Below, piece after piece: positions 24,371 through 36,570 of a stretch of DNA of 64,000 bases. Under the pieces are notes generated by a model that worked only from the letters and a program-made list of their open reading frames with translations, made no database searches and had not been told where the DNA came from. The translations under genes were made by a program, and so were the position numbers. Source of the DNA: Octopus sinensis (lineage: Eukaryota); the NCBI RefSeq assembly GCF_006345805.1, contig NC_043007.1, positions 32,116,001 to 32,180,000 on the forward strand, given 5' to 3'. Position 1 is the stretch's first letter, and the number at the start of each line of letters is the position of its first letter.

Positions 24371-25192
24371 GTAAGTTGTTTGGTTTTTTGTTCACTTATT
24401 AATGTGTGATCATCATCATCATCATCGTTTAACGTCCGCCTTCCATGCTAGCATGGGTTGGACGATTTGATTGAGGACTGGCGAACCAGATGGCTGCACC
24501 AGGCTCCAATCTTGATCTGGCAGAGTTTCTACAGCTGGATGCCCTTCCTAACGCCAACCACTCTGAGAGTGTAGTGGGTGCTGTTACGTGCCACCGGTAT
24601 GAGGACCAGTCAGGCGGTACTGGCAACAGCCATGCTCAAATGGGGTTTTTTACATGCCACCTGCACAGGAGCCAGTCCAGCAGCAGCACTGGCAATGACC
24701 TCGCTCGAATGTTTTTTTTTCACGTGCCACCGACACAAGTACCAGTAAAGCAACACTGGTAATGATTACACTCAAATGGTGCTTTTTATGTGCCACCGGC
24801 ATGGAAGCCAGTCAGTAGCCCTGGCAACGATCACGCTTGGATGGTGCTCTTAGCACTCCACTAGCACGGATACCAGTCATCGAATTTGATACATTTTAAT
24901 ATTCTGTTGACCATGATAAGGCAGTGAGCTGGCAGAATGGTTAGCATTGCAGACAAAATGCTTTGTGGAATTTCATCCATCTTTATGCCCTGAGTTCAAA
25001 TTTCACCAAAGTCGACTTTGCCTTACATTCTTTCAGGGTTGATATAAATAAGTACCAGTTGCACATTGGGGGCAATGTAATCTTAGCATCTTCCCTCGTA
25101 AATACTGGCTTTGTGCTAAAATTTGTAACCAATATTCTATGAACCATATTATATAAAATAACAGATAAAAAATTTTACACTTCTTTCTATAG

Positions 25193-25316
25193 GATACAAA
25201 CCTTTTTCAACATCTTTTGTCAGCTGGTAAAAACAGGAACGTAGAAATCAAATTACTTGAAAATAAACCAAATTCTGAAATGCAAAGTCCAGATACAGAA
25301 ATATTAATTGAAGACG
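25193..25316 (+). CDS. PLD3: PLD3-like paralog B exon 3
   Basis: ttctatAG / GTGAGA; DTNLFQHLLSAGKNRNVEIKLLENKPNSEMQSPDTEILIED; 124 nt. Confidence 0.91.
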
Positions 25317-26040
25317 GTGAGAAAATTTCCTATCTTTTGCCTTTACTTGTTTCGGTCATTAAACTGAGGCCATGCTGGGGCACTGCCTTGAAGAATTTTT
25401 GACAAACAAACCGTTCCCTGATATTTATTCTATCAACTGCTTTTGCCAAATTGCTTAGTTACAGTTGTCAAGTGGTGGTCGTGGGGGCAAACACAGACAC
25501 AAAGACACACACATACATATATACATATACACACACACATACATACACGATGGGCTTCTTTCAGTTTCCATCTACCAAATCCACTCACAAAGCTTTGATT
25601 GACTTGAAATTACAGTAGATCAAGGTCATTGCCAGTGCCCAAGGTGCCTTGCAGTAGGACTGAACTCAAAATCAAGTGGTTGAGAAGCAAGCTTATTACC
25701 ACGCAACCATAAAATAATAGTATTTAAATATTTCTTTAATGTAAGACAGTTTGCAAAAGGATGCCAGATTATTGTGCTATGACACCTTTAACCCTTTTGG
25801 CACTCAGAGATTATTCTGTCAAATGTATTCCTTATTTACTCTTTTACTTGTTTCAGTCATTTGACTGCGGCCATGCTGGAGCACCGCCTTTAGTCGAGCA
25901 AATCAACCCCGGGACTTATTCTTTGTAAGCCCAGTACTTATTCTATCGGTCTCTTTTGCCGAACCGCTAAGTGACAGGGACGTAAACACACCAGCATCAG
26001 TTGTCAAGCAATGCTAGGGGGACAAACACAGACACACACA

Positions 26041-26720
26041 TCATCATCATCATCATCATCATCATTTAGCGTCCGCTTTCCATGCTAGCATAGGTTGGAC
26101 GGGTCAACTGGGGTCTGTGAAGCTGGAAGGCTTCGTCAGGCCCAGTCAGATCTGGCAGTGTTTCTACGGCTGGATGCCCTTCCTAACGCCAACCACTCCG
26201 CGAGTGTAGTGGGTGTTTTTTACGTGCCACCTGCACAGGTGCCAGACAGAGCTGGCAAACGGCCACGAACGGATGGTGCTTTTATGTGTCACCGGCACGG
26301 GGCCAGGTGATGCTGGCAACGGACACAAACGGATGGTGCTTTTACGTGCCACCGACACGGGGCCAGACAGAGCTGGCAAACGGCCATGAATGGACGGTGC
26401 TTTTACGTGTCACCGGCACGGAGGCCAGCCGAGGCTGGCAACGGACACGAACGGATGGTGCTTTTACGTGCCACCGACACGGTTGCCAGACAGAGCTGGC
26501 AAACAGCCACGAATGGACGGTGCTTTTACATGTCACCGGCACGGGGGCCAGCCGAGGTTGACAACGGACACGAACGGATGGTGCTTTTATGTGTCACCGA
26601 CACAGTTGCCAGACAGAGCTGGCAAATGGCCACGAACGGACGGTGCTTTTATGTGTCACCGACACGGGGCCAGACAGAGCTGGCAAACGGCCACGAACGG
26701 ACGGTGCTTTTACGTGTCAC
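26041..26720 (-). mobile_element. 3' fragment of the same RTE subfamily with 8 minisatellite units (ABABABAA), inserted into a SINE
   Basis: Near-identical to 21193-21850; flanked by the two halves of a SINE (25835-26040 and 26721-26925). Confidence 0.87.
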
Positions 26721-27179
26721 ACATACATATATATATATACACACACATACATATATATATATACGACAGGCTTCTTTCAGTTTCCGTCTACCAAATCCAC
26801 TCACAAGGCATTGGTCGGCCTGGTTCTATAGTAGAAGACACTTGCCCAAGATGCCACGCAGTGGGACTGAACCCGGTACCATGTGGTTGGTTAGCAAGCT
26901 ACTTACTACACAGCCACTCCTGCGCCTTCACATTGTTTTGAAATAATCATGCATTATCTCATAGCTTTGAGATTATGATGATATAACTGCATATTTTAAG
27001 GCAGCAAGCTGGCAGAAACGTTAGCATGCCTTTCGTCCTTTTGGGGTCGATTAAATAAGTACCAGTTATGCACTGGTGTCAATATGATCGACTTCATCCG
27101 TTTGTCTGTCCTTGTTTGTCCCCTCTGTGTTTAGCCCCTTGTGGGTAATAAAGAAATGGAAATTACAATCTCAAAATTT

Positions 27180-27645
27180 TATGGACGAGGACAGCTGCGT
27201 AAAGAAGTGCCAATCTGTAACTGTGACACAAACCTGTGGAAGAAGTAGACCCAGAAAGACATGGGACGAGGTGGTAAAGCATGATGTTCGAATGCTGGGT
27301 TTTACGGAGGCAATGACAAGTCACTGGGACCTTAGGTGACATGCTGATCTTCAGAAGACTTGTGAAGCCAAGTGAAATCATAGTCTTGGCTGATGCTGGT
27401 ATCATATAACTGGCACCCATACCAAGGGTATGTAAAAGCACCTGTGTCGCTAGCACAGAAACACCTGTGCCGCTGGATGTAAAAAGCACCCATTATACTC
27501 TTGAAGTGGTTGGTGTTAGAAAGGGCATCCAGCTGTAGAAACCATGTCAAATAAGACTGGGACTTGGTGCAGCTCTCCACTTACCAGTACCAGTCAAACC
27601 ATCTAACCCATGCCAGCATGGAGAGCAGATGTTAAATGATGATGT
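27180..27645 (+). mobile_element. RTE LINE 3' end fragment
   Basis: MDEDSCVKKC...CGRSRPRKTWDEVVKHDVRMLG, then the family 3' UTR and GAT tail. Confidence 0.78.
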
Positions 27646-27689
27646 TGAAGATGAAAATTCTTTTCTTTTTTTTCTTTTTTTTTTCTCAG

Positions 27690-27823
27690 CTCATGCTTCA
27701 GTTCGACACATTGACATGAAAAAACTGTTGGGAGGTGGAATTATGCACACAAAGATATGGATTATTGACAGAAGGCATTTCTATATTGGCAGTTCTAATC
27801 TTAATTGGCGCTCTCTCGCTCAA
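27690..27823 (+). CDS. PLD3: PLD3-like paralog B exon 4 with first HKD motif
   Basis: Polypyrimidine tract + cAG / GTAAG; ...GGGIMHTKIWIIDRRHFYIGSSNLNWRSLAQ; 134 nt. Confidence 0.95.
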
Positions 27824-28439
27824 GTAAGAGATATTTTTTTCAAATACTTGGCTTAATTTTTTCTCTAATTTCTTCATTAATAAAAAATTTCATGTATATT
27901 TATTTAGCTTTTAATATTTATAAACCTGTGTAGTAAATATACAATCATGTAAAATTTCTCTGTAGATTGAAAAGATGATGAAAAGAGTCTTAATCAATGT
28001 TTCGATCCTTATTGGGGTTTCATCAGTGGTTTCACCCTCACTTGACTAATCCCAGAGAAACAAGTCATCATCATCATCATCATCATCATTTAACGTCCGC
28101 TTTCCATGCTGGCATGGGTTGGACGGTTTGAATGAGGACTAGCAAGCCAGAAGGCTGCACCAGGTCCCATTCTGATCTGTCAACATTTCTACAACTGGAT
28201 GCTCTTCCTAATGCTAACCACTCCAAGTGTATAGTGGATGCTTTTTACATTCCACCGGCACAAAGGACAGTCAGGCGGCACTGGCATTGGCCATGCTTGA
28301 ATGATGCTTTTTACGTGCCACTGGCAAGGGAGCCGATTGGGCAACACTGGCAACAACCAAACTCGAATGATGCTTTTTAACGTGCCACTGGCACAGGAGT
28401 TGGTTGTTTCAGAGAACCAGAACTGTTAATTTAAGGAAG

Positions 28440-28661
28440 ACAAAAACTCTTTGAAAATGGTCATATGTGACAAACCATGGGTCTATGGCTGTAACCTTGA
28501 AACCAAAGGCAAAAATCAAATCCCACTTGAAAGGAAAAAAATTTCAAGACATTGAAGAAATCCAAGAGAATGCAATGAGGCAGCTCTCACCATTCCATCA
28601 ATGGAAGCAATGCTGGATAAAGTGTGTGGCTTCCGAAGGGGTCTACTTCAAAAGAGATTAA
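28440..28661 (+). mobile_element. Internally deleted mariner transposase fragment
   Basis: WVYG..LETK joined to KIKSHLKGKKFQDIEEIQ...WKQCWIKCVASEGVYFKRD*. Confidence 0.75.
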
Positions 28662-28879
28662 CCCTTTTGATACCAACCCGACTGAAACCACCTCTGGCTC
28701 TGAGTACAAATGTCTTGTTTTCGTAAGTTCTGAATTAAAATCTTCCACCAAACCTTAGTTCATGTTCCTAACACTAGCTGAATGATAACTAAGTTATTTT
28801 ACTAAATTCTTTGTTATAATTAAAGTAATAAATAGAAACATAGAGCATCTCAACAGAAATACGGTAGCGAAAGGGTTAA
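28658..28879. mobile_element. TTAA-flanked piggyBac-like MITE; further copies at 29021-29249 and 41349-41576
   Basis: TTAA|CCCTTT...AAAGGG|TTAA ends; three similar ~220-bp copies. Confidence 0.8.
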
Positions 28880-29450
28880 GAAGAAGAATAATGAGCAGAA
28901 CACATAAGAGGAGACATCGTTGTGGTCACTCTATATGCTAGAAATAATAGCCTATATTTCTTTCAATCCATACCCTTCCAATTGCTTCTAATGTATATCT
29001 GACTAAATGTAGAGGTTTGTTTAACCCTTATGGTACCAACCTGGCTGAAACCGGCTCTGGCTCTGAGTACAAATGTCTTGTCTGCATAAGTTTTCAATTA
29101 AAATCTCCCACCAAACCTTAGTCACAATTTATGTTCCTGACACTAGTTGAATGATAACTAAGTTATTTTACTATATTCTTTGTTAATAATTAAAGTAATT
29201 GAAAGAAACACAGACCATCTCAACAGAAATACGGTAGCGAAAGGGTTAAATGCCGGACTGATATATGTTGTAGTTTTCTTTTTACAGTACCATTCCTGAT
29301 ACTTTTTGATCAAACCTTGTACTAACCACTAAACTATACTGAAGGGTACCTCACTAGGGAGACATTTAGTTGCTCACTGTTCTCAACTATTTGTTAGCTT
29401 TTATCTGTTTTGTTTTCCAGTACATTCATTCATTGTCTTTTCTGTTTTAG

Positions 29451-29648
29451 GTGAAAGATCTCGGGGTTATAATTTCCAACTGCAAATCACTCGCAGAAGA
29501 CATGGGCAAAATATTCGATACCTTTTGGTATCTGACAAAAGTTGATGCAATTCCTAAACCATGGCCAGACGTGTACAACACCACAACCAATAAAGAAAAA
29601 CCTTTGAACATCAATCTCAATGACAGCAATAGCAACGTGTACTTATCG
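29451..29648 (+). CDS. PLD3: PLD3-like paralog B exon 5
   Basis: gttttAG / GTAAGT; VKDLGVIISNCKSLAEDMGKIFDTFWYL...SNVYLS; 198 nt. Confidence 0.94.
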
Positions 29649-32219
29649 GTAAGTTCTCTACATATCAGAATAACATGCAACTAATCATTGTCTTCATTTT
29701 ACATTCACATACCATGTTGGCATAGCTTAAACCAGGCATCGGCAACCTTTTCCGAGAAGCAGGCTGTGTGAGACATTGTTCATCATCAGATGAGCCTCAC
29801 TGCTAAAAATGCCACTACACTCATGGAGTGGTTGGTGTTAGGAAGGGCATCAAGTTGTAGAAACACTGCCAGATCAGACTGGAGCCTGGTGCTGCCACCT
29901 GGCCTCCCAGACTCCAAAAGAGGCCGACTGGTGCTCCACTGGCATTCGCTTCGACAACCTGGCGGGGAGCCTGTGCAGGAAACCATAGTCAGTTCCGGGG
30001 GGGAGTATGGGTGCAAAACAGAAACTTAAAGGAATTGATGGAAAGGTTCCACCAGGAATGGAGCCTGCAGTTTAATTTAGCTCAACACTGGAAAACTCAG
30101 AGTATTTGGATGTCAATCTGATAAGAATCAAAAATCCAGTCAACATCATGTGTTTGCAGTGATCACTAGTGATGGTGATTTTATGCCTCCATTCATCTTC
30201 CCACATGGCCTCAGATTCAACACGGAGGCCGACAGCAAGTACCTGAAGGAGGTAGTACTGCCCTGGGTCAAGACACTGGCTGCTGGAAGACCTTATGTCA
30301 AGCAACAGAACTCTACTAAAAATGTTGACATGCCATTGAGAAAGCCCTGCAGGCTACAGTTTGCCCTTAATAGGGTTAAACAGTGTGACAGGATCCAACA
30401 AGTTAAAGGAGAATCATGTTGTGCTCCGATGTCTTTGATGCGACATGATTTCCACTGCCCCGGATGCTCTTCCTTATGCCACCACTTTGCAGAGTGTACT
30501 AAGTGCTTTTGTTTTTTTCATGGCACCAGCTCTAGTGAGGTTACTTTGAAACTAAAGTCCTTAAAGGGCCACCACTACTAAAAGAGTAAGTGATAGAGTG
30601 TGATGATTGTAGGTGAAGTGGTGAGAAGGAGTAAAATATGATGAAAGGAAAAGATTTATAGTTGTGAGAGAATGGTAGTAGGGAGAGGAACAGAGCAGAG
30701 ACTATGGGCAGAGGGAGTACTGAGGGTACAGGGGGAAGGAGGAAAGGATGAGTGTTAGGATTAGAGAAAGGGAGCATCAGCATGGTGGGAGTGATGAGGT
30801 GGGTGGCAGGGTGGGTCATGTATTGGGGATGTGATCCAGTGCTATCACACATTATGGGTAGAAGGTGTGGAAGGAAGGCGACATGAAATCGATGAGGGTG
30901 GCAAGGATCCTGAGAGAGTCATTGAAAAAAGAAGAGAGATATGGGAAGATTGTGGGGACAGGTCAGAGAGAGAGAGAGAGATGAGAGGATGTTGAGGTGG
31001 CTGAGATCACAATCTCATGAACTTACCCATCCAGTTACCCTCTTCAGTCCACTTCACTATATACACCTCCCTGTAACCTGGGTGTGAACCCCCTTCCACA
31101 ACACATCTTCTCTCTCTCCTCCTCTCCCCTTTCTTATTTCTTTATTGCCCACAAGGGGCTAAACATAGAGGGGACAAACAAGGACAGACAAAGAAATTAA
31201 GTCCATTACATCGACCCCAGTGCATAACTGGTACATCCCGAAAGGATGAAAGGCAAAGTTGACCTTGGCGGAATTTGAACTCAAAACGTAGCAGCAGACA
31301 AAATACCTATTTCTTTACTACCCACAAGGGGCTAAACACAGAGAGGACAAACAAGGACAGACAGATGGATTAAGTCAATTATATCAACCCCAGTGCATAA
31401 CTGGTACTAATTTATCGACCCCGAAAGAATGAAAGGCTAAGTCGACCTTGGCGGAATTTGAACTCAGAACGTAGCAGCAGACGAAATACCGCTTAGCATT
31501 TCGCCTGGCGTGCTAACGTTTCTGCCAGCTTGACGCCTTTCTCTTCACCTGAGGTAGCTATGCTTCTCATCTACTACAAGATGTCCCTCAATACTACTCC
31601 CCAACTCAGTCGAGGAGTCTTGTCTTGCAAGTTTCTTGGTGACCTTACTGGTGGTAGTGCCATGTAAAAAGCACCCGGTACACTCTGTAAACTGATCGGC
31701 AGTAGGAAGAGCCTTCATCTGTAGAAACCATTCCAAAGCACAGACAGCAGAGTTTGGCGCAATCTTCTGACTTGCCAGCTTCTGTCAAACCATCCGACCC
31801 ATGCCGACATGGAAAACAAACAGTAAATCATGATATCTATTCTGAATGTCTTTAAAAGCAGTCAATAGGGACACATGTCTCACATCTGTTGGAGAGGAAT
31901 CGGTCACAGTTTCCATGATATCTACTTAACTGTTTATTTGTTGAAATGTTCAGACTTACTCAGAGAACAAATCATAACACCAGTGGAAAATAAACTCATA
32001 GTTTGTGTACCTTCTCTTCCATTGCTTTTCATTATTGGTCCACTGATTTCCATTACAAATCTCATTGAGGCATGACTGTGCAGTTAAGGATCTCTCTTTG
32101 CGATCACATGGTTTTGGGTTCACTCCCATTGCATGGCATCTTGGACAAGTGTCTTCTACTATAGCCCCAAGTTAACCAATGGGAATGAATTTCGTAGACA
32201 AAAACTGTGTGGAAGCCTG

Positions 32220-32258
<39 letters not shown>

Positions 32259-32839
32259 TGTCCACCACTACTTGACAACCTCCAATCGTTTGTTTACATC
32301 CCCATAACTTAAAAGCTTGGCAAAAGAGATCAGTAGAATAAATGTCAGAGTGAAGGACAATAGAACTGGAGTGGGTCTATTTGACCAGAATCCTTCAATG
32401 CAGTGCACCAGCATGGCCACGGTCCAGTGACTGAACCAAGTAAGAGACATCAGTTTTAAAATGTCATTCAGTGTACTCCAAAGAATGAAATGCCAAACCA
32501 TCATAAAATCGTAGGTGGGACATTTTGTATGTGTTCATAAACAATAGGATATAAGGGGGAAAGAAAGGGGGTGGGGAAGGAGCGTGATAGCAATGCTGGA
32601 AGCGGGGGGGGGGGAAATAGGAGATATATCATTAAAGACAGAGACTGTTGGAATGTGACAGGTTGTATCACATGACCTTATTAATTGGTAGACAAACTAT
32701 CACATGACCAGCAGGCAAGAGAAGAAAACAATGTTATTTTGTTTGTCTGTTCTTTATGATTTTTATGGTATGTTTTTAGTTATAGATTTTTATGTTATAC
32801 ATTAAATAATTTAAGAAAAGATTGGGAAAGTGGACGTCC

Positions 32840-32881
<42 letters not shown>

Positions 32882-33465
32882 AGAGCATAGTATGGTTGGT
32901 AAGCAAGCTACTTACCTATTTCTTTATTACCCACAAGGGGCCAAACACAGAGGGGACAAACAAGGACAGACATAGGTATTGAGTCGATTACATCGACCCC
33001 AGTGCATAACTGGTACTTAATTTATCGACCCCGAAAGGATGAAAGGCAAAGTCGACCTCGGTGGAATTTGAACTCACAACGTAACGCAGACGAAATACCG
33101 CTAAGCATTTCGCCCAGCGTGCTAATGTTTCTGCCAGCTCGCCGCCTTGTGGTAAGCAAGCTACTTACCACACAGCCACTCCTGATTGAGTATGTTATAT
33201 TTTTTGGGCATGATTTTTATGATTGAATGCCTTTCTTCTGCAACACAACTAGAAATTCTATTTTCATTCAGAGTCACCATTCTCCTTGACAAATTACCTC
33301 CATTGGGTTTTGTAGAGACCAAATCTCCAGTCCTTCTTTTTCACATTTTGGAAAAAGTTTTTTGAAACATTTTAGTGTCTTTGCTAACAACATAAATTCA
33401 GTAGACACCAGATATTGGTTGTTTCATGAGGTCAATCAAAAAAATCATTTGTTTTTCTTTCCCAG

Positions 33466-33605
33466 ATTTCCCCACCTGCTTTCTGTGCAAATGGCCGAAC
33501 AGGTGACATCGATGCAATTCTGGACGTTATCAATTCTGCTAAGAAGTTTATCCACATTGCCGTTATGGATTATGCTCCTGCTTTGGAATTTCAACATCCT
33601 CCAGT
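33466..33605 (+). CDS. PLD3: PLD3-like paralog B exon 6
   Basis: cccAG / GTAAGT; ISPPAFCANGRTGDIDAILDVINSAKKFIHIAVMDYAPALEFQHPP; 140 nt. Confidence 0.94.
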
Positions 33606-33715
33606 GTAAGTTTTTTTTTGTGTGGTTTTTTTACTCCTTTGTTGGTTTAATTTTTGTTAAGATTTTATTTCACTGAGTTCACATTGATGTTATTTTATGT
33701 TACACCTAGCTTTGG

Positions 33716-33891
33716 TTACATGGTTATAGTATAATTTTTAATGTATCGACCGGTTTCGAATCTCATTATAAAAAACATGGACCCATTTTCTTCTTAAGAA
33801 AAAATATATTTTCATATAAATTAAACATTGTATCATGAATAGCGATTGCAAAACCGGTCGATACATTAAAAATTATACTATAACCATGTAA
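33716..33891. mobile_element. MITE with perfect 41-bp terminal inverted repeats (TA-flanked, Tc1/mariner-like)
   Basis: 33716-33756 is the exact reverse complement of 33851-33891. Confidence 0.82.
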
Positions 33892-33986
33892 GTGTGCGTA
33901 TTTTCCGTTTTTATTTTTCTTATATACATTACAATCCACCACGTGGGGACAACCGAAATTCCTCTTTTCTGTTACTATATATATAC

Positions 33987-34044
<58 letters not shown>

Positions 34045-34237
34045 AGAATTCACAAAAAAAAAACAAAAGACAAAGATAGGTGGTGTAGACAACAAACAGA
34101 TGTATTAGTATAACGCTTGGGAAGTGAAAAAGTCTTTAATGCTTCGAGCCTATGCTCTTCCACAGAAAGGAACACAGAAAGAAACAAGGAGAGAAAATAA
34201 AGAATGTGTAGTGGCTGGTGATCTATCATGGCGAATA

Positions 34238-34267
<30 letters not shown>

Positions 34268-34278
<11 letters not shown>

Positions 34279-34589
34279 TAGATAAAAACCACCTTTTATC
34301 AATTCAAAATGAAAAATTAAATTACACCATCTAGAAAATTACATATAATAGAAATATTAAATATAAAATAAAAACATATACCAATGATTAAGTAATGTGC
34401 AAAATAATAAATAAAACATATATATTTGGTAGAATAACATTTTATTTATTATTTTGCACATTACTTAATTATCGGTATATTTTTTATCTTATATTTAATA
34501 TTTCTATTATATGTAATTTTCTAGATGGTGTAATTTAATTTTTCATTTTGAATTGATAAAAGGTGGTTTTTTCTAATTTATATATATAT
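34268..34589. repeat. AT-rich foldback: ~150-bp near-perfect inverted repeat arms with a ~23-nt loop, embedded in (TA)n
   Basis: aaattagataaaaaccaccttttatcaattc... versus ...gaattgataaaaggtggttttttctaattt. Confidence 0.85.
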
Positions 34590-34673
34590 GTCATATTTTG
34601 TGAAATTTGATTTAGTATTTCTAAATTGAATTTTTCCCTGTAAGTTTGGAATAATATTCCATCAAATTATTAC

Positions 34674-34711
<38 letters not shown>

Positions 34712-35893
34712 CGGACATTAAATGATGATATATATATATTTATATTTATATCTGTGTGTGTCTGTGTTTGTCCTGCTCTACCACTTGACAACTGGTGTTG
34801 GTGTGTTTACATCCCCATGACCTAGAAATTCAGAGAAAAGAGACCAATAGAAAAGAACCTTGCCTGACAGAAAAAATAAGCCCTGGGGGGTTGATTCATT
34901 CAACTAAAAATACTTCAGTGCAGTGCCCCAGCATGGCCGCAGTCTAATGACTGAAACAAGTAAAAGGTAAAAGATATTTCCAAAGCAAATTACTCTCTGT
35001 CTGTCAATTTTTGGGAAAAATTGAGAATTTCAATTTAGTAATACAACCATTTTTATACCTATTTTATCAACCCTGAGAAGATAAAAGGCAAAGTCAACCT
35101 TGGTGGAATTTGAACTCAGACCTTAAAGAGTTGGGAAAAAAATGAAATGTCACAAAACATTTTGTACAGTATGTCAACAATTCTGCCTTTTTGCCATTTT
35201 TTCTTTTATTCTTTTACTTGATTCAGTCATTTGACTGTGGCCATGCTGGAGCACTACCTTTAGTCGAGCAAATCGACCCCTGGACTTATTCTTTATAAGC
35301 CTAGTACTTATTCTATCAGTCTCTCTTGCTGAACCGCTAAGTGACAGGAACGTAAACACACCACCATCAGTTGTCAAGCGATGTTGCAAGGGACAAACAC
35401 AGACACACAAACACACACACACATACACACATACACGATGGGCTTCTTTCAGTTTCCGTCTACCTGGTTGGCCTGAGGCTATAGCAGAAGACACTTGCCC
35501 AAGGTACCATGCAGTGGGACTGAACTTGGAACCATGTGGTTGGTAAGCAAGCTACTTACCACAGAGCCACTCCTGCGCCTATATTTTATAAAATAATAAT
35601 ATTAATAATAATAATCCTTTCTACTAAAGGCATCAGGCTTGAAATTTGGCGGGAAGGGACTAGTCGATTACATTGATCTCAGTATTTCACTGGTATTTAT
35701 TTTATACTGAAAGGATGAAAGGCATAGTCAACCTCAGCGGGATTTAAACTCAGGACGTAGCGACAAGCGAAATACCACTAAACATTTCATCCAACACACT
35801 AACAATTCTGGCAGCTTTGCTCCCTATTATAATAATTTGATAATAATTTGTAAATTGTTTTATACAAATTGTTTTATAATGTATACAATAATT

Positions 35894-35938
<45 letters not shown>

Positions 35939-36177
35939 TATGTTTGACTTTTGCTTTATATTTGTACAAGTTGGCTCCAAGTCTCACCCAGAGACTTCAA
36001 GAGACAACAGGTTGGAAGTTCACGTTGTTGTTATGCCTAGTGTGCCATATATTTGGTTGGTTTTTTTTGTGTTGTACTAGTGGATATCTTAAAAAAAAAA
36101 ATGTTTGTTTTAAACCTTGAGATTACATAGAAAGTATTTTGCGTAGGATATGAGCAGTTCCCATGAGCACTATCTCA

Positions 36178-36220
<43 letters not shown>

Positions 36221-36407
36221 ATAAAGATTAATATAAACATAAAACCATGGAGTTTACAGTACATGTGGCCCCTCAAGGCATGTGGTGAATAGATTATGAA
36301 TTAGATATAAATGTTGATAAATATTATGATTTATACAGATTTTTTTCTTTATTCCAATGATAATATTATTGATAATAATTCTGTGAAATTAATAATTGTA
36401 TTTATAG

Positions 36408-36570
36408 GTTTTGGCCAATTATTGACAGAGCTCTTAGAAATGTATCATTCACCAAAGGCATTGAAGTTTTTCTACTTGGTAGCCATTGGAAGCACAACAA
36501 AGCCAGTATGTTCAACTTCCTTAAATCTTTGGCTAACTTAAACAGCGCCTCAAAGGCTAAAATGCAAGTG
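36408..36570 (+). CDS. PLD3: PLD3-like paralog B exon 7
   Basis: tttatAG / GTAAGC; FWPIIDRALRNVSFTKGIEVFLLGSHWKHNKASMFNFLKSLANLNSASKAKMQV; 163 nt. Confidence 0.94.

Noticed and set aside
30590-31000. Purine-rich G/A tracts (also 12480-12740, 2780-2980) as G-quadruplex regulatory elements
   Set aside because: Low-complexity, degenerate, adjacent to retroelement remnants; no regular G-run pattern or other support.
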